A stretch of 64,000 bases of DNA, from positions 94,591 to 158,590 of the forward strand of contig JAQGDQ010000490.1 of NCBI GenBank assembly GCA_030141605.1, read 5' to 3'. The notes under the pieces are model-generated. The model was not told the DNA's origin and searched no databases. It worked only from the letters and a program-made list of their open reading frames with translations. The first letter of the stretch is position 1, and every line of letters starts with the position of its first letter. A program made the position numbers and the translations under genes. This DNA is from Tubiluchus corallicola. Its lineage: Eukaryota > Animalia > Priapulida. Shown here piece by piece: positions 12,367 through 27,094 of this stretch.

Positions 12367-12426
12367 GGAGAGAGAGACACAGAGAAAGAGAGAGAGAGAA
12401 AGAAAGAGAAAGAGAGAGAGGGACAC

Positions 12427-12461
<35 letters not shown>

Positions 12462-12468
12462 AAGACGC

Positions 12469-12635
<167 letters not shown>

Positions 12636-12825
12636 TTTTTAGAAACTACTGTCTTAGTAATAATAACTTATTCGTACTTTTTTGTTATTTAGTTAGTTAA
12701 TTGTTTAGTTAAGGGTTTAGTTATTTTTTATTTTTGTTAAAAGAAAAAATTAATAGAATTTTTAAATGTTGTTTTTAAAAGAACACATAAACAATAAATA
12801 AACAAAACAGAGACCTGGAAAAATA

Positions 12826-13240
12826 CTAAAGTAAAACCGGACCCAATAATTAAAGCGTAAGTCAAAGTGTTAGTTTGTGACGAAGTGCACACGTTCGACA
12901 GCTCATGCGTGAGCACAACGGTAAATTTGAAATTCGAATTTTTATAAATTTGATATTCGAAACTTGCCTAGTTTTAGTACACACTGAATATCTTACAGTA
13001 GCACTGTACTTCAATTTTCGCTTTTGCAAACGCGTGCAACACGTTCGTTTAATATTTTTGCTGTTGAAAATTGTTAATTTGTGATGTCATCAATAGTTAG
13101 GCTCGCCTGTCGTTAACAGACTTTTTTAATCTATCACTTAATTATCAGAAACACTTTTGCAGTACTAATTGTGTTAAATTGTATACTTTTTATCGGACTT
13201 AAAAATGGGGTAGTATATGAGAAATCATCCTGTCTTCATT
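12826..13240 (+). mobile_element. Family A DNA transposon, internally deleted copy 3
   Basis: Shares aaaaccggacccaat...cacacgttcgacagctcatgcgtgagcaca...tcatcctgtct with copy 1. Confidence 0.7.
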
Positions 13241-14306
13241 TAGAACTGTCATTACAATCAATACAAAACAGAAACCAATGTTGTTTCTTGTTTTTTTGGC
13301 ATTTACATAAAAAAGTAAAACACATTTTTACATGGGACACTGTCATACAATCAGTGTGAAAAGTGTTCAACGATTGACTCGGTAGGTCCTAAGCCAATAT
13401 TAATCGTAAAAAGGCTTTTGAAAGATTTTATTGTCAAAGAATTTCTAATGATGTTGAAAATGATTAGAAAGGAAATTGAATGAAACTGTGACGCGAAGTA
13501 GAGAAATGTAAAAGAAAGTGAACGAAAAAGAAAAAGAAAAATAAATATTAGGTGATGTAAAAATACAATAAATTGGAGTAAAGTAAAGTAAAATTAACTG
13601 AAGTGAAATGAAATAAATTGAAGTGAAATAAAGTAAAGTGAAGTGAATACAATCAAGTAAACTAAAATGAACTGAAGTGAAATGAAATAAAGTGAAGTGA
13701 AGTGAAGTAAAGTAAATTAAGTAAAGTAAAGCAAAGTAAAATAAAGTAAAGTAAAGTGAATACAATAAAGTAAAGTAAAATGAACTGAAGTGAAATGAAA
13801 TAAAGTGAAGTGAAGTAAAGAAAAATAAAGTGCCTTGAAGTGAAATAAAGTAAAGTGAAGTAAAGTAAAGTAAAGCAAAGCAAATTAAAAAAGTAAAGTA
13901 AAATAAAGTAAAATAAAAAAGTAAAGTAAGGTAAAGTAAACAAAAGTAAATATTACACGTAATGAAATAAAAAGTAAGCAAAAATGAAGCTAAAGCAAAG
14001 TGAAATAATATAATAAAAATTATATTTTGATAGAAAATAAAAAAGTAAACTGATAAAATAAAATAATATAATATGTAATTACATTAAAAAACAAAACAAA
14101 GAAAACAAAAAACAAAAAAGAAAATGAATAATATGATCTGGCAGCTTGTGCATTTGCAAAAAATCTTAGATCTTATGTTTATTACACCAATTAAACATGG
14201 CATCAAAGTACAAACATTCCTCTTACACGTGAATTACTTGGCTTCAACTCACTCGGCTTCAAAATCAACTAAGCATGGCTTCATTTTGCAAACATTCTTC
14301 TTCCAG

Positions 14307-14522
14307 GTGAAAGTGTGGTTTCAGAATCGTCGAACGAAGCACAAACGAGTGCAAGGCGACGACTGTCTCGACTCACACCTGGAAACCACTTCGACTACAC
14401 CCACAATCACGCCCATGACCACGCCTTCCGTTCAGAATAATTGCGAAAGCTGGGACGTAGAAAAGACGAATTACGTTGCCCCAGAATGCGAAGTTTCGAG
14501 CATCACGAACAATAGAGCGTGA
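14307..14522 (+). CDS. Emx: Emx coding exon 3 (homeodomain helix 3 and C-terminus)
   Basis: ttcttcttccag acceptor. Encodes VKVWFQNRRTKHKR; TGA at 14520-14522. The intron lies at the usual Q|VK homeobox position. Confidence 0.96.
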   Translation: MKVWFQNRRTKHKRVQGDDCLDSHLETTSTTPTITPMTTPSVQNNCESWDVEKTNYVAPECEVSSITNNRA

Positions 14523-14848
14523 AGCCATACACGTCATGACGTCATCAAGCGCGGTTTGTCGTCAAGGAAACTCGAGACGCCACACACGTGTAAACGCAAA
14601 CGCACGGAAAACTTCTTTGACGTTTCCTTTTGCCAAAGCGTACGCTTCTTAGACGTTTATTTACTATTAAATTTGGTGACGTCATAAGGCACAATGTAAT
14701 GACGTCATAAGGCGCAAATTTCAGTGCGTCAGTGCACAAGAAATCCACGTGATGGTGATCAGGCCTAACTAAAACAAGCCATTCAAATGGGTGTGCTTAA
14801 GCAAGCCAGATGTAAAGATATGCATTCGTAAACATATTCAAAGATAAA

Positions 14849-15025
14849 AGTGTGAACACAACCACACCGCAGAACCAACACAGTGTGAACGCAACCACAC
14901 CGCAGAACCAACACAGTGTGAACGCAACCACACCGCAGAACCAACACAGTGTGAACGCAACCACACCGCAGAACCAACACAGTGTGAACACAACCACACC
15001 GCAGAACCAACACAGTGTGAACGCA
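14849..15025. repeat. 33-bp minisatellite x~5 in the probable Emx 3' UTR
   Basis: Unit agtgtgaacgcaaccacaccgcagaaccaacac. Confidence 0.93.
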
Positions 15026-15939
15026 AATTTAGAATTTTTGGTCGTTGCACTATAATCACAAGAATTTTGTAAATAATTTTATAGAAATTTTATAAACAAT
15101 ATAAAATGATTTTATAATTTTTATAAACAATATAAAATGATCATATAAGTACGAGAATTTATAATCTTTATTTGCAAGTGTTGTTTATTGTGTTTTACCT
15201 GCATTCTTTACACGCTTACTAACAGTTGACATACGGTCAACTGCAGTTGGACTGACAAAAATTGTGCGTGTGTCACTGAATAAAAGCTGAATGCACACTC
15301 AGCCAAGTTGTACAACATTTCCGCTTTTTGTAACAAAAACCACAACCTGTTTAAAGTTGGCGACACTACCACGCGTTCGACTAAAAACGCGCATGTACCA
15401 AGCAAAAATCGTGAATGAAACTGGTTTGCAATTTCACTGGTGAATCAAAAGTAGCCTGTTGGTTCAACAACAGTTTGATGTGTGCCAACATTGTGGAACA
15501 ATTTGATAGTTATACATCCCAGAAAAATCGTTCACGGATGACTGGTAGCATAATTTAGCCTAAATCAATCCATTTTCGGTTTCCCGGTCAAGTTGGCAAA
15601 AACTGTTATAATTGACACAGTACGAGTCAAAAGACAAATAAAAAGACAAAAAATTTACTCCCCACTTGAGAAGCTATATCATTTACTTTTAATCTTGCAA
15701 CAACAGTCAAATAGCCAAGCTAGAATCACAAAAAATAACTAAAACTAAACTTTCTCCATCCATTAACAAACACCAGCATTTATAATGCAAACTTAATAAC
15801 AAAAACTTCTAAAAAAGGTGACAGATGATAAAATATTAATGATATCAGCGTACCCACTGAATTACAGCTAAACGCTTATTAAAATCAAAACAAATCTCAT
15901 AGCAAAGTCAGCATTATGAAACCACACTGGCACAATTCA

Positions 15940-16410
15940 TATTATCGTCATCATCACCATTACACTCGTCATCGTCGCCTTCATTATCATTATCATCGTC
16001 GTCAACACTATCACCATCATCACCAGTTGCTTTCGTCATCATCATCGTCGTCGTCGTCATCAACAACATCACCATAATCATCATCGTCGTCGTCAACACT
16101 ATCACCATCACCACCGCCACCACCATCGCCATCATCGTTATTACCACCATCGTCGTCATCTCACAATCATGACCATCGTCGTCACTACCATCACCGTCAC
16201 CGTAATCACCATAATCATCACCACCATCATCATCGTCATCATCACCATCACCACCGTCATCATCATCGTCCTCACCATCATCATCATCATCATCGTCGTC
16301 GTCACTACCATCACAATCATCACCACCACCGTCATCATCATCGTCATAATCATCACCACCACCGTCATCACCATCATCGTCATCATCATCACCACCACCA
16401 TCATCATCAT
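15940..16410. repeat. (CAT/CAC/CGT)n trinucleotide low-complexity tract
   Basis: Direct reading. Confidence 0.9.
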
Positions 16411-17004
16411 TTACGGGTAATTATAGCCAAAGAGGTTACAAAACAAGGTATAGTAAATTATCCAAGATAAAGTGACCATACAAAATGGACAACATAGTAC
16501 AACACTTAGTGCTAAACTATGATGACACAACAACAACAAATCGTATTGGCACAAAGTAGAAAACTGAGTAGAGTGGGTTTTGATAGAGGCGACTGCAAAG
16601 ATCAGTTATGAAAATCATTATAACTACGTTGTTTAAACAAATGAGTATGTCAAAAATTATTTTACGATGTTCATCATCACAAATACAAATCACAATACTG
16701 TTACATACTTGTAGGTATATACATATGTATCACATATACAAGTAAACACACTGTACACTTAAATTAAGTACGTATAATTACATATATATAACACATACAC
16801 ACACACACATATATATATATATATGTGTGTGTGTAACACATACACACGCAAATGCTCATGCTCATTCACACGCGCAAGCACACACGTAGGCACACACACA
16901 CACACACATATATGTAATTATACATACATAATATAAGTATACATGTGTTTACTTGTATATCTGATACATAAGTACATACGTATATGTATGTATCCATTTG
17001 GCAA

Positions 17005-17039
<35 letters not shown>

Positions 17040-17513
17040 CATATATTTATATATTTATATATATATACATACATACATATACAAGTATATAATGTGTTAA
17101 TTTGAGTATGTATTTATGTCAGTACATGTATAGAAAAATTTTTGCAGTTAATTCTGGAACTAATTTTACATATTCGTGTAGCTCATATACTTAAAAAATA
17201 TACCAAAGAGCACATCACTGATATAAATATGAGTCTAGCCTATCAAAATAAAATTCGACAGATTTATAAATTCATTATAAAACTAATCTAATACTATTGT
17301 TTAACATAAACAGGTGAGTTAATTACCTAATGTAAAACATACCTGTTATAATCTAAATGTACCTAAGTAATGAGCAAATATATTACATGTATAATCAATG
17401 TTTTTCAAAAAATATTCACATACTGTAACACCGGTTAAATGCAGTTTGTTTGAGATTAACTAACGAATTGGTAGATACCTTAATTCAGACTCGATAATTG
17501 CCTAGAAAACTTA

Positions 17514-17596
17514 GGGCTAGTTCACATTTAGGCAGTCGCGACAAAGGCATCCGTGTCCTGGAAACACTTTACAAAAGAGAGAGAGAGAGAGAGAGA

Positions 17597-17667
<71 letters not shown>

Positions 17668-17693
17668 TGGAGAGAGAGAGAGATGGAGAGATG

Positions 17694-17728
<35 letters not shown>

Positions 17729-17769
17729 AGAGACAAATAGAGGGAGAAAGAGAAAGGGAGGGAGGGAGG

Positions 17770-17805
<36 letters not shown>

Positions 17806-17912
17806 AGTACGAGAACAAGCTAAACTGGGCACGTTGGTTACGTTCAACTAAAAAAATACGCGTAACCACATAACCGTTACCATTTCTGCACCAGCACGAG
17901 TGTGAACGTACC
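17514..17912. mobile_element. Possible Harbinger-like MITE containing an (AG)n tract
   Basis: Imperfect TIR gggctagttcacatt / agtgtgaacgtacca with tta at both flanks. Confidence 0.4.
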
Positions 17913-18227
17913 ATTACGTTACACTAAAAATAGCCTTCCCTTCTTAGAAATCTAGCCAGAATAAGTCTTAACAACTAAGAACTTAGCTAAACTAAAATAT
18001 ATTTGAAAACATACAAACAAGAATTAACTTTAAACAACATTACTTTAACATAATTTCAGATTATTTTAAGATGTAGAGTTAACAATGGCTTCGCTTGTTA
18101 TACAGTAACCAGCAGAACCTCAAAAAATGAAAATAAAGACATGGTAATCAACATATTCTACAGATAGCGCCCATTCTTAATTACAGGGCAAAAGGTGGAG
18201 GCACACTGACCGTAAAAACAAGTCTAA

Positions 18228-18810
18228 TGGCACGTTCAGACTAGAGAGTCTTTTCTGTGATGGTTAACTAGCAAGTGTGAACAGCTTTGCGAGCTCTCTC
18301 ACCAGTTTTTGCAAACTCTCCAAAAGTTTTCTTTGATAGTAAGTGCGTGTTGACATTTAGCAAAACTAGCCACAGAACTCGCTCACAGAGAATTTTCAGA
18401 GAGAACTCACTCAGAGAAAACTTTCACAGAGAATTCAAGGAGAGAGAACTTTCAGAGAGAACTTACTCAGAGAGAACTTTCAGAAAGAAGTCGCTCAGAG
18501 AGAACTCTCTCAGAGAAAACTTGCTCAGAGAGAGCTTGCTCATAGAGAATTTTCAGAGAGAACTCACTCAGAGAGGACTTTCACAGAGAACTCACTCAGA
18601 GAGATCTTTCAGAGAGAACTCACTCACAGAGAACTTTCAACGATAACTAACTCAGAGAGAACTTGCACACAGAGAACTTTCAGGGAGAACTTGCACACAG
18701 AGAACTTTCAGAGAGAACTTTTAGAGAGAACTTGCTCAGAGAGAACTTTCAGAGAGAGTTAACTCAGAGAGAACTCACAAGAGAGAAAACTCTTTAGTCT
18801 GAATGCGCAG
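18228..18810. mobile_element. Harbinger-like MITE with internal (gagagaactttca) repeats
   Basis: TIR gcacgttcagacta / tagtctgaatgcgc; TAA at both flanks. Confidence 0.65.
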
Positions 18811-19075
18811 TAAGTCAAAAAAATGATAGAGCCGAATGTTAAAGAATCTATAGAACTGAACTATGTCTAGCTTTAGCAACTTGGTCAGGCAAGAACAATT
18901 TTCCAAGCCAAAACTTGCCATTCAGAAGGCAGCTAGAAAGGAAACAAGAGGCTACTAAAATCAGAAACATTTCCTAATTGTTCAAACACCCACGCACGAA
19001 AAAATTCCATCTCCAAAACAGGATGAAAGTGATTACGAACGCTTGTTCACTAGTAATTACAAAATGAGCCGTTAA

Positions 19076-19885
19076 CTCCTTCAGGACCGTAAACGTTTGC
19101 TGCGTTTTAGATGGCTTCATCAGAAACTTCTCTCACTAAGCAACAATTACATGATATTTGACAATTTTTGTAGGTTTCTACTCCTTATACAATGGATTTG
19201 CATGCAAAATTACATGTGAAATGCATTTGCTTGCCTTAGACAAATTAAAAATCGATTTTTGATGAAAAAATTGAAAAAGGCTTTCAGTAACTGCAGTGTT
19301 TGCACTGCAACAATGTATCGTTGTGTGAAATCGGCTAATGCAGAAAATTTCAACTACTCAGACACAACACTCTGATACACTTTGTCCTTAAGTCTACTCT
19401 ATTTTCAAGGAGAAATTCCTGTTAAAAGACGAAACGACCTTTATTTGTACTTGACTGATCGGTAGGTTTTTCCTGGAGTAGCAGCAGAACACTGCACATG
19501 GGCTGTAGCAAGCAGGTGATCAATAAAATAGTGTGTACGATCAGGCAAGTGTGCACCAGACTAAGCTACTCAATAGGCTAAGTCGGAGTACCTGAAGAGG
19601 GCATGTTTTTCTTAACTTTATCTAATTAAATCACTTATAAATGTTTAAACAAATAGCATGATTGGATAGCCGAGATTCTCGTGAATAGAAAAGGGAGTGT
19701 TTTTCTTAATTTATACAATCAATCATTTGTAAATGTTTAAACAAATAGCATGATTGGATAGCCGAGATTCTCCTGAATAGAACAGCACCTATATAGTAAT
19801 AATTTAGTTACATCTGTGCTCATACAGTAGCAGAAAAGTCGTAGGTCTTATAAGACCCATTTTGAAATGTGTGATCCTGAAGGCG
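19076..19885. mobile_element. piggyBac-like non-autonomous element
   Basis: TTAA|ctccttcagga ... tcctgaaggcg|TTAA. Confidence 0.75.
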
Positions 19886-20360
19886 TTAAGGCGTTCACAC
19901 TAATAACGTCTGCAATACAGACTGTTATAAAATGTGGCGATGCCTACTTCAACAAATTTCTCAAAAATTATAAAGAACAATTAGCATTAAAAAACATGAT
20001 ATGTAAATATGGAAACAGCATCCTCACACCGCTAACAAACTGGTCTCTATTAAAGGAAAAGACAAGCCATTTACACGTTGGGTTTATTTTATTGTTGTCA
20101 CTTAATTTTGAAAAATATAACAAAAAAATTTGCAAAAAACTCTTTATAAAGCATAAAGTTGATTTACGCTACCACGGTATGGAATTTTAGGCGCAACCGT
20201 TCACTTGAAAGTTATGATGTCACTAGAGGATTTTGTGACTTTTCGTGAGTGTACGCTGCTTAAATTATCTGCAACAAACTTCTGCAGTTTATCAAATAAT
20301 GTTTGTGCAGAAATAACAAAAAATTGGTAATTTTTGTAAACAGTACTATACTTGTGACAG

Positions 20361-20660
20361 AAGAATGACATCATTGGTGGAAAAATGGACGTTAAAAAGG
20401 ACAGCGCGTAATGAAACGATGTCGACTTCAAAGTGAAGAATGACATCATTGGTGGAAAAATGGACGTTCAAAATGACAGCGCGTAATGAAACGATCCCGA
20501 CTTCAAAGTGAAGAATGACGTCACTGGTGGAAAATGGACGTTCAAAATGACAGCATGTAATGAAACGATCTCGACTTCAAAGTAAAGAATGATGTCATTG
20601 GTGGAAAAATGGACATTCAAAATGACAGTGTGTAATGAAACAATCCCTACTTCAAAGTGA
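20361..20660. repeat. 75-bp minisatellite x4 just downstream of a candidate SFXN5 poly(A) signal
   Basis: aagaatga(c/t) units at 20361, 20436, 20511 and 20585. AATAAA on the minus strand at 20662-20667. Confidence 0.9.
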
Positions 20661-20860
20661 TTTTATTAATTACGCGAGGCGCTTATCACGCTTTTAATAA
20701 CAAATGCTCATAACATTTTCCCCAAACTTTGAAATAGCCCAACTTGCCAGAAGGCTTGACCTTTCCTTTAATGTACCACGCGCAAGCACCAGAGAAGTCT
20801 AACAGTACAAAAAGCATTATTGGAGCTCATAGAAAATAATAATAAAAGCGCTATAGAAAA

Positions 20861-20938
20861 TCACAGCCCCTTGTTGTAGTATAATACTGGTTCAGACGTT
20901 GCAGCTTGTATCTCTGGTTCAAGCTTCTCTCTGGAAAT
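20861..20938 (-). CDS. SFXN5: Sideroflexin-5 exon 12 (last)
   Basis: ISREKLEPEIQAATSEPVLYYNKGL*, ending in the sideroflexin C-terminal NKGL motif. AG acceptor. Confidence 0.95.
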   Translation of the reverse strand: MSREKLEPEIQAATSEPVLYYNKGL

Positions 20939-21329
20939 CTAAAAAAATACAGCAAAAATTAAGCAAAATTTTTCTCTAAAAATTCTAAACAGAATATAAT
21001 ACTATACGTTCAAATGTAAGTACAGTTATTATTATACCAAATATTTATTTGGAAAACATCTAAAGTACGTTCTAAATTCAACCATTCTAAATTAAGAACA
21101 TTTTAACTATAAGGCAAATATATACAATTTATAAATATATTAATTGTTCACTATTATATACAATAATTACAGTAATCTTTTTCGTTATTGTAAGATTTCA
21201 AGACTTTGTTTAGTAAGATGTTTAGTAAGACATTTTTAGTAAGCTATACAAGAGATAAGAAAGTTTCGTAAAATAAATATGTAACAGACAATCAAAACTG
21301 AAAGAAAAACAGGGTGGTTTTTCATAATC

Positions 21330-21824
21330 TGCTCATTTTTAAAAAGTACGCATTTTAAGACCTATAATAATGTCAAAAGCGTTCTGATAGTTAAATAAAA
21401 GGCTAGAAATTTAATAATGGCAGGCAAGGCCAAGTAGTGATGACGTCACAACTGAAAATCATTTTCAACAGCTCAAATATTTGTGCGTGAGGTCTCGAAC
21501 ATGTGTACTACGTCACAACTGAACAGATCAGAACTGAGAGAAACAACAGCTGTTTTTAAATTAGTGTACTACGTCACAACTGAACACCTCAGAATTGAGG
21601 GAAACAACAGCTGTTTTTTTAGATTCGTTGCTAGTACCCATCTAACGAGAGAATGGCAAAATGCAAATAACAAAGAAGAACTAGACATGGTAAACAGGTA
21701 ACGCAAGATTATCTTTCTCTGATAATAATTCTTTCACGAAAATCATTCCTGAATGCCAGTAAGTTCCTTTTCAACATCTCATGTTTAGAGCTATAGTTTA
21801 ATATTGGGCGAGGTTTCCCTTTAA
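21330..21824 (-). mobile_element. Family A DNA transposon, degenerate copy 4
   Basis: Similar to 9564-10163. Confidence 0.6.
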
Positions 21825-21851
21825 TGAAAATCTGGGGTAATTAATGCGTTG

Positions 21852-22600
21852 TAGACATAGACATAGACATAGAACATTTATTTTCTCCAATTAGTTTAAC
21901 GTCAAAAGTTGTTTAAATATTAAGTAATTATAATCATGGAGCAGGGCAGGGAAGGACCATAGGGTCATCTAGTCTCCTGCATTTTCTTATAAATAGATTA
22001 GTATATTAAAAATTAACGGTGATGCTGCAGATAACAAAAACAAAAACAAATAAGAAAAATAATAATAAAAACAGTATGAATGATTCAAATTATCCAAAAA
22101 GAATTGAAAACAAAAAATAATAAGGTTAGATACCTAAATCTAAACAAAACAATACAATTATTCAGTAATTAGGATTATTATATGCAGTAGTTTCAAATGG
22201 GGTCTTATTAACAGGGGAATTTGACCAAGGTTAATGAGTAAAGTTAAAAACTGAGAGTATGGAAAGAAAAAAAATAAGAGAAAAAAGTGTAATATAGAAA
22301 AATTTATGAGAAAAAGTAAGTATGAGAAAGAGCAACAATTACTTAGGAGGTGAGGAGAAAAAAAGAAAAGGAAACTTGCTAGTTCGCTTATTAGTCTTAC
22401 AAGTTACGTACTACAGGTATACCCGTTTAGTAAGATTTTTGTGTATTTCTTGGAAGCAGAAAATAAGCTACCTTCAAAGGTATCTTTTGGCAACTAATTC
22501 CATAATTTAACTTCTCGTGATTTTAAGCTATTGAAACCATGTCGGGTAAAAAATCTCTCCACAAAATACTGTTCATTAGAAGCAGCTCTTGTGAAGTAGG
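21852..22600 (-). mobile_element. LINE (CR1/L2-like) 3' remnant
   Basis: Minus-strand KLWN*LP motif near 22490-22510; short (agacat)n tandem tail at 21852. Confidence 0.5.
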
Positions 22601-22696
22601 AAGCATGGACGTTCCAAATGGGAGTGCCCAAGTGTGAAATGATCGCGACTTTAAAGTGATTGTACTAATAGACTACTCACTCTCTCTCTCTCTCTT

Positions 22697-22757
<61 letters not shown>

Positions 22758-22800
22758 CTGTCTCTCTCTCTTTCTCTCCCTCTCTCCAGCATCTTCCTCA

Positions 22801-22851
<51 letters not shown>

Positions 22852-24579
22852 CCTCTCACTATCAGTCACTTCTCTCTCTCTCTCTCTCTGGTTTTGAATT
22901 GTCATATATACAAAAAACTTATACTGGAATTTAACTTTTGCATGTTTAAACAATGTAAATTTCCCCGTATATGTGACCATGTACAAGCCTCAGCATGCAA
23001 GGAGCCGCCCATAATTACTTCTAAAAGGTAATTGTGGTAATTACAAAAAAGCAGAGTAAGTAACTCGTGACTTCGGGCACTTTGAAATTTGTCACCGAAC
23101 GTAAAAAAGATCGTTAAAAGTAAATCTCGAAGACAACGATGATGGATTGGTCCCACGGTGCTTTAGGCATCGAGCTGCGGGAACTATTTACTCCGCCCAT
23201 TGATACATCGATCTCAAAGCGACCGAACGTGTCAGTCAAAGATATTCCACCACGGCAACTGAAAAGTTAAGTGCTAATAGACACCGTTTAAGCCCCGAAG
23301 ATAGCACAACAAAGCGAAAGAACGCAAACAGAGAACGAATAGCTCGCTTCTCGCATATTTGGGAGGGCATATTTTGATTGAGTCAACACAGAAAACTGCA
23401 ACAAGACAATAGCGAAGGCACTCTTGGGAACCATCTTCCCACACGGTAAAAGGATTATTTAAACACCTCGGAATGTTCTCAATTACTCCTGCTCTGCTAT
23501 TAAGAAAACACCGAAGACAGCACAAAGTAATCGAGCAAATATTAACCACTAAAACCAACACAAGTGCAGAATAAAAGTTGCTGTAAGTGGACTTTGGTTT
23601 CTCTCGATGGCCATTGTCAGCTTATTTTGGCCAATATTCCTCCCAAAAACACGAAGAACGAATAGATAGTTTAAGAAAAGACGCAACGAAATGTTTGAAA
23701 AAGAAAATGGTGTTTGCCAATAGGATTAACGACTGTATTGCTTTTCTCAGCATGCTGGATAGACAGTTAGTGTGTAGTTACAGTATATTCGACATCACTG
23801 AGTGAATGTGGATGATGAAGCAATACTGTGTAGTTACAGTATATTCGACATCACTGAGTGAATGTGGACGATGAAGCAATACGGAGGACTCGACAGCTTA
23901 GGCAGCATTTGTAGAGCTTAGCTGGTGTTCGAAAACAACATCTTAAAGAAAAAAATCTTACAAAAGCAGAGGAAGGGAATCTTCATGGAAAAAGAACTTG
24001 AGGGTCTTGTGTGCCAAGAGAATGACGTCGATAAAAAGGTAATTCTAACAGACACCTTCGAATCGGGCAATGTCTGTATGGCTCAAGAAATGAAACACAA
24101 GAGGACGGGCGATGACAGCTGTCCATAACTCCTCATTTGCTTCCGCCTTTAAATAACTCCTGTTAAGCAACTTTTGTGTAAGCAATTAATTATGTAAAGA
24201 TCATGAAAGAACGCTTGCCTTCGGTGCACTATGAGTAAGTGTTACTATAGCAACGTTGCTGAGTTGACAAAAATTGCCTAATGGTGGTGTTTAATCAGGA
24301 AAAGGAAACTTGGCGCCAGACAGATGATACTAGTTTTTAGTTCATTCACCATTGTCTCGTAACATGGGATTTTTACTTGAAAACCATCTTACGTCATTTG
24401 TTCACACTAAGATGACAAGAAGTCGGCAGAAGAGGCAATGATGGGTGCCGTCATTACCGAGGCTTTTGACACGGAAACAATCATTTGTTCACACTACACT
24501 GACTGGAACGGCAGGACGATATTGTCCCAAATGGCTACAGATGTTTGAAGTTTGTGCTGGCTCGCTCTGCTAAAAGACA

Positions 24580-24945
24580 TAGCAGTGGTACTATCAACAA
24601 CTAAGTGTCAAAAGCTACGGACGCCAAATTACTGATGTAAAAACTAAATAGCAGTGGTCCCAGAAAAATGCCCTGTGGAATTCCACCAAGTGGCAAAAGC
24701 TATGGATGCCAAATTACTCACGTAAAAACTAACTAGCAGTGGTCCCAGTAAAATGCCCTGTGGAACTCCACTAAGTGCCAAAAGCTACGGATGCCAAATT
24801 ACTCATGTAAAAACTAAATAGCAGTGGTCCCAGCAAAACGCCCTGTGAAACTCCACTAACTGCCAAAAAGCTATGGATGCCAAAATACTGATATAAAAAC
24901 TAAACTGCAGTTGTCCCAGCAAAATGCCCCGTGGATCTCCACTGG
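24580..24945. repeat. ~85-bp minisatellite x~4
   Basis: gcagtggtcccag at 24651, 24736 and 24821; variant at 24907. Confidence 0.9.
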
Positions 24946-25739
24946 CATATTGAGTGTTAAACAAACAATTGCATAAAGCTTGACAACACATGATCTATTA
25001 TAAGTGTTAAAACTTGTTCAATGTCTGCAACTGAATCGAAATTAAACTCACAAACACGTAGCGATTATTTATTCTGTTAAAATATGCAGTCAGGTGCTGA
25101 CAAAATAAATATGATTTACTTTCACGTCGGACATTATGATAAATGTTTCGCATCCAGCTGTAATAAATGCACCTGTTTGGGGAGTTAAATTCGCAATTAT
25201 AGCCCGCTTGCCCCGGGGGTGAAAAGACCGAGCATGATCAAGCTAATTTAGTGGCAAAGAAAAGTATTAATCACTTGAAAAAATATTTTCATTTTGCTAA
25301 AGTATGTATGCACAGCATGGTAGACGAAATTCCTCAAATTGTCCCGGCTAAGTAGAATAATTTTACAGATGATATGCTTGAAAAATAGATTTAAGGAAGG
25401 ACAAACTTGGGTAAACATGAATTGTTAACGCATTGTTAGCGCAGTGATGTGCATTATGTAGCACAAATACTTGATACAATACCAGAAAATGTACGTCAAT
25501 CGTTTGAACCGTTGAGCATTCTACTTGAAGATTATACGAGAAAATACGTAATGACCCAACAATGCAAATTTAATAACATATCGTAGTGCAGATCAAATAA
25601 CATGGCTAACAGCATGGTGAGGCAGCAACTGCCAATGAAATTTACTTAAGTTAATAAGCAAGCAACTAAATAAATGGCCACTTTTTGATGTTCAACTGTG
25701 CCAAACAAGGTTTAAAACTTTAAAACTCAACCGCAATTC

Positions 25740-25868
<129 letters not shown>

Positions 25869-27094
25869 TTTTTTAGTATTATTTGTATTTTTGACTTGTG
25901 GAATTCACAAAATGAATAGATCCGCCAGTTGTGAGGAATTTCAGACTATTTTATTTCTGTTTTCACGTACGACATTCTCAAAATGAATAGATACGCCACT
26001 GGTGAGCAATTTAAGAACATGTTATTTCTGCTTTGGCTTATGACAGTCACAAAATGAATAGATCCGCCACTTGCAAGCACTCCTTACTTGGCTAAGAAAA
26101 GTTTTCTTCGGTATTACATGGGCTCAGTGACCAACCGGAAGACCAATGGTCGCAAATAATAACTCATAGGGGGGGGGGGGGGGTATGGCACGATCTGGAA
26201 CATACACTGATATTGGTAAACTGTGGAATCTTTCCGGAGAGCTCTTCAATGACCTTCTAAGGTCAACTCAAGGCGAAAAGAGTCATTAGCAGCAATGTAG
26301 CCCATTCCACGACGAAAACTAATTGCGATTTAATCGTGTTTATTTCTCCGCCCGGATTTGACCAAATAGCTTTCAGTTAATGGCACTAACAGCTATTCAT
26401 CAATTTCACTCTCGCGAAAAGTAAAATAGCTTATCAAAAAAGAATAAATTTATTGCCTACATGTTACGATTGATAATGTGACCTACCACAGACGCGGGCT
26501 GTCAGTAGAAATAATGCTTCGACACGGAGATTCATTATAAATGGATCTAATTGTCATGTTAAATGATATAATCTTCCGCGATGAGACGAGGAGAGCCATA
26601 AGCCCAGCAGCTCGGAGGAACTGAAAGTACGCGCTTTGTATTCAGTGAGAGAAACGAAACCAATGAGTTATGAGACGTTTACGTAGATTTATTACCCAGT
26701 AAAACATCTACCTGCGGGGCATGCGTTGGCAATTAATTTACCTGCCAGGTAAATTAGAAAGTAAGGTTAGTCTCACCTGTATGCAAGGAAGGATAGTGTT
26801 GGGCCTACCTACGAGTGGGACTGTGCGTAATGACGCCACTCATTAGGCTCGGTAATGAGGTTAATTATGGTAAGAGAGAGGGGTGTTTTGCTTTTTTTTG
26901 ACACGAGAAAAAACGAGAAATTCTAGTTACAAGCTCAGCTGAAGACATGAAAAAACTTGCGACGATTAATGGCAATAATTAATGGTGTTTGGTAAGAAGA
27001 AGAACATTACTGACAGGTGTAGTTCACAACGACAGAATGTCATTAAAAGTCATTGAAAGAGTACATGCCTTCACGAAAACGAAGATCGTGGCGA

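Noticed and set aside
14124-14306. N-terminal part of the 132-aa ORF
   Set aside because: Intronic; homeodomain similarity starts exactly after the ttccag acceptor at 14306.
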